NCBI GenBank assembly: GCA_965213685.1 | Contig: CBDBZY010000041.1 | Coordinates: forward strand, 480,001-544,000 | Source: a bacterium | GTDB taxonomy: Bacteria > UBA8248 | Direction: 5' to 3' | DNA: 64,000 nucleotides | Shown: piece by piece, positions 1 through 12,715 of the stretch | Position numbering within the stretch: the stretch's first letter is position 1 | Layout: each line of letters begins with the position of its first letter | Notes under the pieces: generated by a model | Told to the model about the DNA's origin: nothing | The model's database searches: none | What the model saw: only the letters and a program-made list of their open reading frames with translations | Position numbers and translations under genes: made by a program

Positions 1-819
1 CTTGTTCTGAGACGGTTTTCTTGGCAGCTTGCATTGGCTGAGATTACAGTGCCTACGTACGTACATATATACGCTCGCACAAAGTAACGACTTCATGTCT
101 GCTTTGACAATTCGCAGCAACGTTTCGCACACTCATGTAATAGCGCTGTCTCCTAGCTCAGACGCTTTGACAAACCTTCTGCAACACTATATACACATGT
201 CATGCACGCTTTATGCAACAGCTGCTCCCACAGACAGCAACGTCACCCACGCTTCGCTGATGCCTGCTACTTATACTGCGGATGGCTTGTTGCAAAAAGA
301 TAGACGACTAGAGAGAGAGACTGTTTAAAATCAGTTTGCAGTCGCTTTTGAAGTGTTCTCAGAGAGTCACTTGCTACCCTTTGTAATGACAGACCTCCAA
401 GATTCAGCATGGCAGCATATACATTCATGTCTGCTATCACAGCAAAAAGGAAGTTACTACTTCCTAAGGTTATCTCAGTTGCAGCTGAATGCCACCATGT
501 CACTGCCACATTGCGTTTCTATACCCTTGAGACTAATAGCATGTGTGCAATGTGTAGGGTGTCCCCAGAGTGTAACCAGAGTAATGTTTGCTGTGGTAGG
601 AACTTGACGTGACCGGTAAGCAGCCCATTGGGACGTCACTGCCATAGTCATGCTCAATGGACCAAATGATTGCAATCTATTCTATCCCTCAGTCCTCCAC
701 ATTTCTTGATATCCTACGTATTTTGAACACTCTATATATCACTTCAGTACCCGATATTGAGAGAGCAAATGTGCAACTGAGGTAACCATATTAATGGTTA
801 AAGTAACCATTAAATTTTT

Positions 820-1270
820 GCAGTGATATCACTGCGAGAAAGAGATAACCTCGCTAAGGTTATCTCAGTTGCAGCTGAATGACATCATGTCACCCCCACA
901 CTGAGTTTCTATTTCTCCTATACTCTTTAGACTGAAGGCATGTGGGCAATGTGTAGGGTGTCTCCAATATAATTATGTAAGTAGTTGAGTGTTGTAAAGT
1001 AATTGTGTGCTATGACAGGAATTAGACAGGGGATGTGTAAACAGCCCATGATGGGTGGTCACTCCTCTGTCATGCTCGGTAGACTAATGGACGGTCATTT
1101 AGTAAATTCTATTGCTCAATCCCCGACGCCCTACACATTGCCCACATACTTTCAGTCTCAAGAGTATATAGGAGAATAAGAACTCAGTGTGGGGGGTGAC
1201 ATGATGTCATTCAGCAACTGAGATAACGTTAGCAAGGTCATAATAGCCATCTCTTTCTATGCAGTGATAT
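820..1270. repeat. Imperfect inverted repeat / foldback relic, with a further direct copy of the left arm at ~462-720
   Basis: CTAAGGTTATCTCAGTTGCAGCTGAATGACATCATGTCACCCCCACACTGAGT (~854-906) recurs inverted at ~1181-1232 and in direct orientation at ~463-520. Confidence 0.6.
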
Positions 1271-1426
1271 TGTATTTAGTTATAATACCCCCTCGAGGGA
1301 TATGGCGCCGAGCCATATCCCTCGAGGGGGGTGTTTATAAGTGATTTATAACCCGGCGACAAGCGGTTCTGGGAGCTACCATGGATTCACAGCCTGCAGC
1401 TGCGTATCTGTGAAAATAGTACAAGC

Positions 1427-1724
1427 TAGTCTCGTGTGACAGACTCTTGAAAAAACAAGGGTCTGGTCAAACTCGCATAGAGGGTTGGTTTGGCTGTCAG
1501 CGGATGAGTGATAATATAAACAGTTGATTAGGTAATGTAAACTGTCCCTTATGAATATGATTAGAACCTCCCCGCGTCACGCGCTTGAGCCCTAAGGACT
1601 GTTTACATTATACCTACTATACGGGTAATTATCGGTCAAAAAAATTCCTGGACATGTAGGAACCAAACCGCTATGCGAGTTTGACCAGACCCTTGTTTTT
1701 CCAAGGGTCTGACGCGCGAGACTA
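1427..1724. mobile_element. Non-autonomous AcademH-like MITE
   Basis: Termini TAGTCTCGTG...CGCGAGACTA, flanked by a perfect 9-bp TSD AGTACAAGC (1418-1426 and 1725-1733). TAG termini with 9-bp TSDs fit AcademH. Confidence 0.8.
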
Positions 1725-1942
1725 AGTACAAGCGGGATACAGCTAGCACTCCAGTAGTCTGATTCCCAGACCCTTCTACGTAAGCGCATGTGTAAGCGCA
1801 TGCGCGAGCGAGGAAAAGAAGAAATAGTAATTATAGAGGCCGGAATGTGAGAAAAGGTGTGCAAATGCAATCAGTGACCACGATCTGCAATAGTGCGCGT
1901 TAAAAGGGAATTGAGCCCAAGAACCAGGTTTGCACTACGGTC

Positions 1943-2170
1943 ATGGATCCTCCTCTGATTGATTCAGCTAACGAACGGTCAGTGGAAGTGATTGGGACTG
2001 AACTGATTAAAAAGCGGAGGGAAGCGCTACGTACGGTTTGTCGTAGGCAAATGTGTTCGTCCGGACTCTGCCAACCAGTCATTGTACTGCAAGGTGGAGA
2101 AAGTGGTCGACGTTCTACTGTAATTGTTGTGTCTCCACTTACATCCCTGATGATGGAGCAGAGGGAGATG
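1943..2170 (+). pseudogene. RecQ-like SF2 helicase N-terminal fragment, probably AcademH-derived
   Basis: Translates to STVIVVSPLTSLMMEQ (RecQ motif Ia). Paralogous to 7300-7560. Truncated and internally deleted. Confidence 0.55.
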
Positions 2171-3225
2171 GAGCAGAGGGACCAGTTTACAACACATGAG
2201 GTCTGTAGACGAGCTACAACAGGATCTAGATACAATGGAAAACGTCAAGGGCGGAAAATGTGCACTGCCTAGGAGGCGGATCAGTAGCGATCTCCGTTGC
2301 TATCTGGAAGAGAGCACTGTACTGTCCTCCGCGGCTTGCACCCCTTCGTGTTGCCAGCCACGTCCTTTCCACAGCATGACCAACAGCTTTGGTTACTCTT
2401 AATTATTCAGAGACCTGTTGATAATTAACCACAGCCACTTCAGTAAAGTGAGCGCTAAACAATCATCAAAATTCCAGTATCCGCGCGAAGGCATAGTATT
2501 TCCCCAGACCCTTCCTTCCTCCCGCGCGCATGCGCTAAAACGTGGAAGACTCCAGTTGTTCACGGTGGCAAGCGGTTCTGGGAGCTATTATGGATTCGCA
2601 GCATAAGCCTACATGTAGCTGCGCGTCCCCAGAGTAGCAAAGGGCCCGCGGGCTCCGAAATGGAGTACGTAACGTCACAGGATAGAAAGGACTTAATTGG
2701 TGTGGGCGAAACGCGCACGTGTAGTAACGTTCCCTAGGCCCATGCCCAAGCTTGTCAGTGGTTACCCGACGTCGAGTTACAGGTACAATGCATACAAACG
2801 TGCCCTAGCTCTACCTCTCTCTGCGATGGACCCTTTTTTAAGTGCCACACAGTATTCTAGCTCCTCCGATACATCCCAATAGCTCATCTACGAGTCTTTG
2901 TTGTAAAGAACCACATCATTCTGCGTTCGTGTATAGAAAACAAAATCGGCACCTCACGTGAATGTGGTTTTGCCTGCCCACGTTATTTAAACGTCTTGCG
3001 TTTACGCTACTTCGGAGCCCAGGCTTTCCCCCTTCCCAATGTTACGAGTTCAAAGGTCACGCACCAACATCGCGCGCGGGGTAGAGCTAGTTGGGCGTGG
3101 CCCGCCTTCCGCGAGAAACAGGAAGTCGGGTGTCAAGCCTATACCAGGATTTGTTCCACCGCCGGAAAATCGGCGGCTCCAATCAGATTGCAGTATTTGA
3201 AGTAGACCTTCCGCACCTACTTAGC

Positions 3226-4998
3226 CTGACCACGTGTGAAAACATGATCCTTTCACAGAAAGGAACAACACAAGGCGACCCACTAGCAATGGCCATGTAT
3301 GGCCTTGCAACAATTCCTCTTATTTGAAAGTTGGATAGCCCCTGCAAACAGGTTTGGTATGCTGATGACTCAGCAGCCTTCAGCTCCCTCGAACAGCTTT
3401 ACAGCTGGTGGGACAGACTGACCACGGAAGGCCCCCGCTTTGACTATTTTGCCAATCCCTCCAAGACTTGGTTGGTAACCAAAGACCAATTCCTTCACAA
3501 TGCAGCAAACATATTTGCTGGCTCAGGGGTCAACATCACCTCACATGGCAGGCCATATCTAAGAGCACCGCTGGGTTCGCCAGAGTTCATTGAGGAATAT
3601 TTTAGCTCCAAGGTTGGGGAATGGACATCACGTATTGCCATCCTCAGTGAGATTGCAGCATCTCAGTCTCACACTGCCTAATCAGCCCTGACACATGACC
3701 TTTCAAGCACATCGTCCTACCTAAGCAGGGTAACCCCCAATATCAGTCACCTACTGAACCCCCTGGACATTGCTCTGAAAGCAAAGTTGCTGCCTGCTCT
3801 TACAGGCTGACCCACTCCCAACAACCAGGAGTGCGCCCTATTTGCCCTACCAGCGGGGCTTGGTGGTTTGGGCATAAGAATCCCTTCAAAGAATGCAGAG
3901 AGAGAACTACAATCTTCTTTACAAGGTACCTCCTCCCTCGTTGCCAAGATTCTTGAACAAAACCAGCAATATGAGTTTGACATCATTGACCATCGGTTGC
4001 AGAGCAAGGCCTCCATTAGAAGGCGGAATGAAGAAATGAGCTCAAAAGAAGCAAATGTCCTCCATAGGCAGTTGCCACCTTCACTACAGAAAGCAGTTGA
4101 TCTAGCCCAGTAGAAGAGATCATCCATCTGGCTCACAGCTGTTCCCCTCAAGGATCATGGCTTTGCACTGCATAGGGCCGCCTTCCATGATGCCGTGGCC
4201 CTGCAATATGGATAGCCCCCCTCAAACCTCCCATCCAAATGTGGCTGTGGTAACAACAACTCCATAGACCATGCACTCTCATGTGCCAAAGGAGGGTTTC
4301 CCTCCATTAGGCACAAAGAGATTCATGATCTCACTGCCAGTCTTCTTGCAGAAGTATATTGTGAGGTGTGCATCAAACCACACCTGCAGCCAACAACTCC
4401 CGACCAACTCCCTGGAGCTACCGCAACTGTTAGGATGGGGCAAGGCTCAATGTCTCTGCAAACGGAGTGTGAGGTAGGAGATTCCAGAAGACCTACTTCA
4501 ATGTATGGATCTTCAACCCCTATGCCCCCTCCAACAAGAACCAGTCACTTCCTGCCTGCTATAGAAAGCACGAAAGAGAGAAAAAAACGAGCCTATGACC
4601 ACAGAATACATGAAGTAGAGCACTCATCCTTCAGCCCACTTGTTTTCTCAGCCATCGGAGGAATGGGGAGCGAAGCAACTTGCTTCTACAAACGTCTGGC
4701 TTCCATGCTTGGGATCAGCCATACAGCACTACACTCTGGTGGCTAAGATGCCGTCTGAACTTCTCTCTCATTCGCTCAGCCATCCAAGCCCTACATGGAG
4801 CAAGATCGTCACAAGGTCATGCTGTACACTTTCCAGCATCAGTTGATCTTGTCATCACGGAGTCCCACATTGCACCTGACTCATAGTTACTTCATCTACA
4901 TCTCTTTGCTTTTATTTTTGCGTATATGTCATTATCATTTTTCTTTTCATCGGGTGTATATCTTCATTGTATAACTCAAAATAAAGAAAAAAGAAAAC
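3226..4998 (+). mobile_element. 5'-truncated, decayed CRE-like (restriction-like endonuclease) non-LTR retrotransposon
   Basis: RT motifs GTTQGDPLAMAMY and WYADD; GGLGI; zinc knuckle CGCGNNNSIDHALSC; RLE-type C-terminus EKKRAY...FSPLVFSAIGGMG. Several stops and frameshifts. A-rich 3' tail at ~4978-4997. Ends approximate. Confidence 0.85.
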
Positions 4999-5766
4999 AT
5001 GATAGTAACTGTAGCCGTAACTAGTCAAGGATAGTGCGGCATGGAGATCAAGGATAGTGCGGATAACACCCACTCAACACTGCAGCCATGCCAACTCTCA
5101 CGCATTGCGCCTGAGACTCACGCATTCGTTGTTGTTCTCACGCTGGCACGCATACGAGCTCAAATCTCAGACATCAACGACGTCGCTTCTGTGTGCAGGC
5201 GTGGCCGGTTCCACCTTCTCGCCGCGCCCCCTAATTATAAACGCCGGCACCAGAAGCCGCCCGCATATTGCAGTTACTGTATGACATGTAGTTTCATGAC
5301 AGTATATGTGTAGTGGTGATCATTGTTTTTCATGTGTTACTTATTGTGTTGTATTTTGTGACTTCAAGTTCTTTACTTTGTTGGAACCGGTAGCATGTCT
5401 CACTCATTCTAGCCCCATTCTCACTCATTTTCCAAGTACATCTCACTCTTTTCCTTTATAAATGGTTGGCATTTCTGCAGCACCCAGCGAATACTGATGA
5501 TATTCATAACTATTGCGCAAAACGCTGGAACAAATCCTGGTACAGGCTTGACATCCGACTTCCCGTTTCTCGCGGAAGGCGGGTCACGCCCAACTAGGGG
5601 AGAGTCTGGGGAAGAGGCTACAAGCGAGATACAGCTAGTACTCACCTTGTTCACCTTTGAACCCAGCGTATTATCTAGATAATGCCCTGCTGGGAGGGCT
5701 TGATTAGCTAAAGCGCGGTTAAAGGGACCACTTGGCGCCCGACTATAAATATATTTGCCACCTTAA

Positions 5767-6938
5767 CACCTTACATCAAAGGCCCGTCAGGGACATTATA
5801 TTGTATAAAGCACAGCTAGCAGAAATTTATCTGAGTGCTAGACCACTAACTTGAGAAAGTTATGATAGGTACACGTTGCTAAGAAAACCCTCACTGTTGC
5901 TGGGAAACGGTGATGCAAAATACATAAATCATGCCCAAATACGGTGCGTATGGGAGATAAAGCACTCGCCCCCGCGCGCTACGCGCCCTCGGCTGTCGCG
6001 CTCTATATCCCATACGTATCTATTGGGCATGATTAATATAATTATGTATTACATACATCATGCCCAATAGGTACGTAGGGGGATAAAGCACGAGACCCGA
6101 GGGTGAGTCCCATGCGTACCGTATTTGGGCATGATTTATGTGATTTGTGTCACCGTTTCTTAGCAACAATGAGTTTTCTTAGTAACGTGTACCTATCATA
6201 ACTTTCCCTGGCGGAATACCGAAGGGGGCGTGTTCAGCCCGTTTAGATTCAACAACCTCCTGTCGCATATAGCGTAGATCACACGTAGAGAGAAAGTCTG
6301 AGAACAACACAGCAAAATATGGAGTGTGTATCTTATACGAGTCCAAGTGCACGTGTGAGTCAAATGTGGCAAACATTTTCATCTAAATATCACCGCCTAG
6401 AAATGCCTTAGCGGAAAGAACTAGAAATCTTCCACTTTTAGCGAGGTCCTTATTTTATAAATAGCCGATCGTTCTCCAAACATTTCGGGAAAAGTACCTT
6501 CGTTTTCAGCCCCATAAAACTTGAACGACAAACGGTATTCTAAAAAGGCAACCGATCGGATCTGCTTTGCTCTTTGTACAACAAAGTGACGGGTCGACCG
6601 GCTGACTGCACACTTGATGAGAAGCGACGGTCCCCAGCACATAGTACAAAAACTATGAATCTCATTAACAAAAAACAGCCGCCTGCAGCTCGTGGCTGTG
6701 CGTACAAGCCAGAAACGACTGATGAGATCTCTAATGTTGTTATTCAGCCACTAAACGTCCTTTCTTGTTGCAGGACTTACTTTGGCAGGCTATCAGCCAA
6801 GAGTAATAAAAGGCGTTAAATTACATATCCAGCGCGTAACGGTAGCCCGCCATCTTAAGTGTCTGGCACTCGGATAAATCCCCGCGTGCAGGTACTTTCT
6901 ACAATATAAAGTCCCTGGCGGGCCTTTGATGTAAGGTG
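5767..6938. mobile_element. TTAA-flanked MITE with ~80-bp TIRs (piggyBac-like)
   Basis: TTAA|CACCTTACATCAAAGGCCCG ... CGGGCCTTTGATGTAAGGTG|TTAA. The inverted match runs a few bases beyond TTAA, so the exact termini are uncertain. Confidence 0.65.
5855..6207. mobile_element. Foldback MITE (~105-bp inverted arms) nested in the previous element
   Basis: GAAAGTTATGATAGGTACACGTT...CATGCCCAAATACGGT is matched in inverse by ACCGTATTTGGGCATG...AACGTGTACCTATCATAACTTTC. Confidence 0.7.
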
Positions 6939-7299
6939 TTAAGGTGACACAAGTATATATACACTGTAAATCCAGTATTTCCATATCCATAAAGCACACT
7001 GTACATCAATCTGCCTTTTCTCTTCACACAGATCCTGATATAAAATTTGATGCATCTCTTGGATCCGGTGTACATGGTTTTGTCATCATTGGTGCTGCTG
7101 CCGTTGTAATTGGGTGCACATACAAATGCCTAAAACTTAGTTTTCAGATTGGCAAAGACAAATAGGGGCACACTACATTACCTGCAACTATAGATGACAT
7201 TACCTGCAACTATATATGACTATAGCAATAGCCATGTAGACTATTATTTGTGTAGTACTCTCATGATCTATATGCTGTGTATTGTGGGTTGGTATATTT

Positions 7300-7560
7300 G
7301 GATCCTCCTCTGATGGATTCAGCTAACGAACGCCGGCCGGTCAGTGAACTGATTAAAAAGCGGAGGGAAGCGCTACATACATCTGTACATTTGTCGTGGG
7401 CAAAGGTTAATCTCTGGCTCGTGAGACTAGGCAAAGGTGTGTTTGTCCGAACTCTGCCAACTGGAGTTGGCCAGTCATTGTGCTATGCCCTTATATAGTT
7501 CAATGGTGCTACAAGGTGGAGAAAGCAATCGACGTTCTATTGTAATTGTTGTGTCCGTCA
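7300..7560 (+). pseudogene. RecQ-like helicase N-terminal fragment, second copy
   Basis: GKGVFVRTLPTGVGQSLCYA resembles the RecQ Walker A region (GKDVFV.LPTG.GKSLCY), followed by SIVIVVS in another frame. Frameshifted. Confidence 0.6.
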
Positions 7561-7723
7561 TTAGGAGAGTTCACTGTACTCTCTTTCCACAAATACCGGC
7601 AAAGGAGAGTGTTACAATCATTAGCTAACAATCATACAATGTATACTTGATGTGTACTGTACAACAACAGTTCAGTGAGTGTAGTGTTCAGTGAGTGTAG
7701 CAAGCACTGAGTGAGCTACAGCA

Positions 7724-7887
7724 TCATGCAGGTGACTGGTCTGGAGACTCCTCATACACACTCCTCCTGTACTGCCCTCTGTCTGGTAGTATGTACAGGG
7801 CAAGACTGTCGATGGCTATGGCAGTGAGAGTGAGGAGACCCATCCCAGACACCAGGTGGAGGAGGAGGGTGGGCAGGGAGAACAGGC
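7724..7887 (-). pseudogene. Orphan last exon of a P2X-receptor-like channel (TM2 plus C-tail), copy 1
   Basis: After the acceptor ccctcag it reads GLFSLPTLLLHLVSGMGLLTLTAIAIDSLALYILPDRGQYRRSVYEES, resembling P2X TM2 with its conserved Asp and the Yxxx(K)YEE tail. No upstream P2X exons recognised. Confidence 0.6.
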
Positions 7888-8306
7888 CTGAGGGAGGGAG
7901 GGAATGGGAGTGGTAGGTAATACATGTAAGGACAAGGACTGCAAGTGTGGCCATAACAACCTGATAGCACCAGAACAACACATCCAATACAGTGGAACCT
8001 CCCATAACGGACCCTCCCATGAGCGGACAACCTCTCTATAACGGACACTGGCTATGGCACGGATTGAAAATACAATACAACTAGTGTTAAGCCAACCTCC
8101 CATGAGCGGACGCCTCTTGATTCCGAACAGCGGACAAGCCACGTGCTCCCAGCTGATCAACTCTGTACAAAAGTGCCTCTTATAACGGACAAACAGGAAA
8201 CCACACCCATCCTTCATGCGTGAATTTCATGCTAACTACACACAATAAATTTAATAATAATTGTTCTGGATACACTACGATAAATTTACAAACTAAGACC
8301 CTACGT

Positions 8307-8709
8307 CTAGGTCAATCCTTTGGCTTTCAGTGAGGCTACTAGCTCTTTCAACTTTTCTATGTGGGGTTTAGGTCCATGAAGTGTGTAAACGCACGGTATC
8401 TCCAGGCCATATCCAGCTCCTCTATTCACCTTTTCCCCAACAACCTTGGCAAACCCACTGTTTGTGTCCCTTCCTAAAACTGCTGATATTAAAGGGGCTA
8501 GGTTGAAGGGCACATGTCCCACCAGAGCCTCTTCTTTTAGAACGGCAACTGCATTCCTGTCTCTCACTACTAGGCTCTCTCTTCAGAATGAGCTCCTCGT
8601 TCAGCACCGGTGTCAATATGTCCAGGTATGCATGGTATCTCCTGATGTACGAGTCAATTTGCAAGTCCTGTAGAAGTCCGGCGGACGAGGTAAGTCCACC
8701 TGTTGCCAT
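8307..8709 (-). pseudogene. HIRAN-domain protein carried by the pogo element (one frameshift near 8563)
   Basis: Two overlapping ORFs join to give IDSYIRRYHAY...PVLNEELILKREP../DRNAVAVLKEEALVGHVP...GAGYGLEIPCVY. This matches the HIRAN pattern (REPxNxxDxNAVAV...VGHVP). Confidence 0.7.
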
Positions 8710-8849
8710 TTCTACGCGCACGCTAGACCACGAGTGTGACTACATGCAGGTACAGGTACGCGCATGCTCAACGAAAGCCACGTGTGTACCGCTGCAGCCT
8801 GTGACCACATGCAGCACAGCTGATTTTCCCACAATGTGTGCTGCCACGA

Positions 8850-9437
8850 TGTAAGCTGCACTATCGACTATATTTTTTACGTTATGTCATCTCAAAAATA
8901 GATGAATGTGACAAAGCTTCGGATGTAGTCAAGTCTGTGAATCTATTGATTGCCATTCGGTGGGTTGCTTTGGCATGGTCACAAGTTACTGCTGACACTA
9001 TCTCAAAGTGTTTCCTAAAGGCTGGTATTCTTGATGGAGAGCTTGATGTGATTTGTTGTGACACACCTGATGACGAGGCGATCGTGACTGTTCTGTAGAC
9101 GAATTTGTTGGTGGTGATGATGATCTCGCAGTGTGCGTAGAAATGGACAACTGGCAATCTGCATTTCTTGATGAACTCATAAATGATCCAGGGCAAGATG
9201 AAGATGAAGAAGACAGCGATTGTGAAATGGAGGATGATAGTGCTGGCCAGGATGTCATATATACCAAGGATAAAATCATACAAGGAAGCTATTATGGCCC
9301 TTGAAGACGTTGCACAATTTCTACAACATAAAGAAAACACTGAAGAAGCTATGAGCCTTGGCTCAACAATTGATGCTATCTGCACATGTAGAAATGCTTC
9401 AACAGTTCAAACCACACTAGACAGTTTTCTCAGTTGA
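8850..9437 (+). pseudogene. C-terminal remnant of a Tigger/CENP-B-like DDE transposase
   Basis: KLHYR...VNLLIAIRWVALAWSQVTADTISKCFLKAGI, an acidic tract, and a C-terminal QTTLDSFL, typical of Tigger-derived proteins. N-terminus and catalytic core missing; frameshifted. Confidence 0.75.
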
Positions 9438-10379
9438 CATTGAAATATAATTGTACTCAATTGTAGTCAGACTTTTAACACAGTTGTACTCAGACCTATC
9501 AGTTAATGCTTGTGACATGTGCATGCTTGTGGCTAAAACACAGTGGAAAGTATATTGTCCCATTATACTTTATGACTTACAAAACCTTACTTGTAGAAAG
9601 ATCAACCTGGGGAACTACATGTCGAAAGGCTAGAAATTGTGGGTCCCAAGTTCAAGATAATGATATATTGAGCTTTCATAATGCGGCATGTCAAGAATTG
9701 CTTGTTTCTTTGAACCTTCATACAGTAAACACTACGCTTTTTGAGACCATCAAGGTAATAACACTTGATTTTCCACAGAATGGTTTATATAGGGGAGCAT
9801 ACATCAGTAATTTTTTGCGTGAAAAGAAGCACAACTACATGTGAGAAGTAACTTTGTTGAAGCAAAGCCTCAATGATGAGTGTTGTCAAACGTTAAAAAC
9901 AGTATTGAGGACTCAACTTCCAAACTAGGCCTGTTTGTGTGATGTTACTTAGGCCCACAGTGTGCTAATGTTGTGTTCAGGATTCCATTATGGCTGTATT
10001 TCTGAATACAGAGTTCACAAACAAGCACAGTGTGGTATGGCAGTATCATCAAAAAGAAACAGTGCAATTTTGCCTTCCCAATAATCTTGAAGTTATAATA
10101 CTATAGACTCAAAGTTACAGGAAAGATATACAATTGCACAGTAGCAATAGTGCAGGTGTAACCTTGAATCATGTAGTCTCTCTTGCACTAAGGAGGCAAT
10201 GATGACCATAGCGTGCACATACTAGCTGCAATAGAATGGAACGTTGATGTTATTGTGCACCTAATTGAGTCCCAGATTGAAATACCAACCAGAATGTGCA
10301 GTCAACATTGAGTCCCATATCACTTTCACCACAATATTCTCCAAACATTGAGTCTCATACGGCAGTGCCGATGATAACA

Positions 10380-12715
10380 TGTACCCAACATCGAGTCCCC
10401 CATAGCAATACCAGCCATAGCATGGACCCAACAGTGAGTCCCACATGGCAATACCAGCCATAGCATGGACCCAACACTGCGTCCCACATGGCAATACCAG
10501 CCATAGCATGGACCCAACACTGAGTCCCACATGGCAATATCAGCCATAGCATGGACCCAACACCGAGTCCCACATGGCAATACCACCCATAGCATGGACC
10601 CAATACTGAGTCCCCCATGGCAATACCACCCATAGCATGGATCAACACTGAGTCCCACATGGCAATACCAGCCATAGCATGGACCCAACACTGAGTCCTA
10701 CATGGCAATGCCAGCTATACATGCACTCAACATTGAGTCCCATGCGACAAGGCCAACCATAGCATGGACCCAACATTGGGTCCCACATAGCAATACCAGC
10801 CATAGCATGGACCCAACAGTGAGTCCCACATGGCAATACCAGCCATAGCATGGACCCAACACTGCGTCCCACATGGCAATACCAGCCATAGCATGGACCC
10901 AACACTGAGTCCCACATGGCAATATCAGCCGTAGCATGGACCCAACACCGAGTCCCACATGGCAATACCACCCATAGCATGGACCCAATACTGAGTCCCC
11001 CATGGCAATACCACCCATAGCATGGATCAACACTGAGTCCCACATGGCAATACCAGCCATAGCATGGACCCAACACTGAGTCCTACATGGCAATGCCAGC
11101 TATACATGCACTCAACATTGAGTCCCATGCGACAAGGCCAACCATAGCATGGACCCAACATCGAGTCCCCCATAGCAATACCAGCCATAGCATGGACCCA
11201 ACAGTGAGTCCCACATGGCAATACCAGCCATAGCATGGACCCAACACTGCGTCCCACATGGCAATACCAGCCATAGCATGGACCCAACACTGAGTCCCAC
11301 ATGGCAATATCAGCCGTAGCATGGACCCAACACCGAGTCCCACATGGCAATACCACCCATAGCATGGACCCAATACTGAGTCCCCCATGGCAATACCACC
11401 CATAGCATGGATCAACACTGAGTCCCACATGGCAATACCAGCCATAGCATGGACCCAACACTGAGTCCTACATGGCAATGCCAGCTATACATGCACTCAA
11501 CATTGAGTCCCATGCGACAAGGCCAACCATAGCATGGACCCAACATCGAGTCCCCCATAGCAATACCAGCCATAGCATGGACCCAACAGTGAGTCCCACA
11601 TGGCAATACCAGCCATAGCATGGACCCAACACTGCGTCCCACATGGCAATACCCGCCATAGCATGGACCCAACACTGAGTCCCACATGGCAATATCAGCC
11701 GTAGCATGGACCCAACACCGAGTCCCACATGGCAATACCACCCATAGCATGGACCCAATACTGAGTCCCCCATGGCAATACCACCCATAGCATGGATCAA
11801 CACTGAGTCCCACATGGCAATACCAGCCATAGCATGGACCCAACACTGAGTCCTACATGGCAATGCCAGCTATACATGCACTCAACATTGAGTCCCATGC
11901 GACAAGGCCAACCATAGCATGGACCCAACATCGAGTCCCCCATAGCAATACCAGCCATAGCATGGACCCAACAGTGAGTCCCACATGGCAATACCAGCCA
12001 TAGCATGGACCCAACACTGCGTCCCACATGGCAATACCAGCCATAGCATGGACCCAACACTGAGTCCCACATGGCAATATCAGCCATAGCATGGACCCAA
12101 CACCGAGTCCCACATGGCAATACCACCCATAGCATGGACCCAATACTGAGTCCCCCATGGCAATACCACCCATAGCATGGATCAACACTGAGTCCCACAT
12201 GGCAATACCAGCCATAGCATGGACCCAACACTGAGTCCTACATGGCAATGCCAGCTATACATGCACTCAACATTGAGTCCCATGCGACAAGGCCAACCAT
12301 AGCATGGACCCAACATCGAGTCCCCCATAGCAATACCAGCCATAGCATGGACCCAACAGTGAGTCCCACATGGCAATACCAGCCATAGCATGGACCCAAC
12401 ACTGCGTCCCACATGGCAATACCAGCCATAGCATGGACCCAACACTGAGTCCCACATGGCAATATCAGCCATAGCATGGACCCAACACCGAGTCCCACAT
12501 GGCAATACCACCCATAGCATGGACCCAATACTGAGTCCCCCATGGCAATACCACCCATAGCATGGATCAACACTGAGTCCCACATGGCAATACCAGCCAT
12601 AGCATGGACCCAACACTGAGTCCTACATGGCAATGCCAGCTATACATGCACTCAACATTGAGTCCCATGCGACAAGGCCAACCATAGCATGGACCCAACA
12701 TTGGGTCCCACATGG
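10380..12715. repeat. Left subterminal tandem array: 43-bp monomer in a 9-mer, 385-bp higher-order repeat (~6 copies)
   Basis: Monomer TCCCACATGGCAATACCAGCCATAGCATGGACCCAACACTGAG; 7x43 + 2x42 = 385, matching the 385-bp period of the repeated ORFs. Degenerate monomers trail off on both sides. Confidence 0.95.

Noticed and set aside
9537-9560. TIR contains the V(D)J RSS heptamer CACAGTG, suggesting Transib/RAG
   Set aside because: The TSD places the terminus two bases further out (AACACAGTG), the TSD is 4 bp rather than 5 bp, no spaced nonamer is seen, and the transposase has DUF7869/Sola-type motifs, not RAG1-type ones.
10380-12715. CRISPR-like reading of the regularly spaced palindromic repeats
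   Set aside because: The sequence between palindromes is itself repeated (no unique spacers), there are no cas genes, and the context is eukaryotic.
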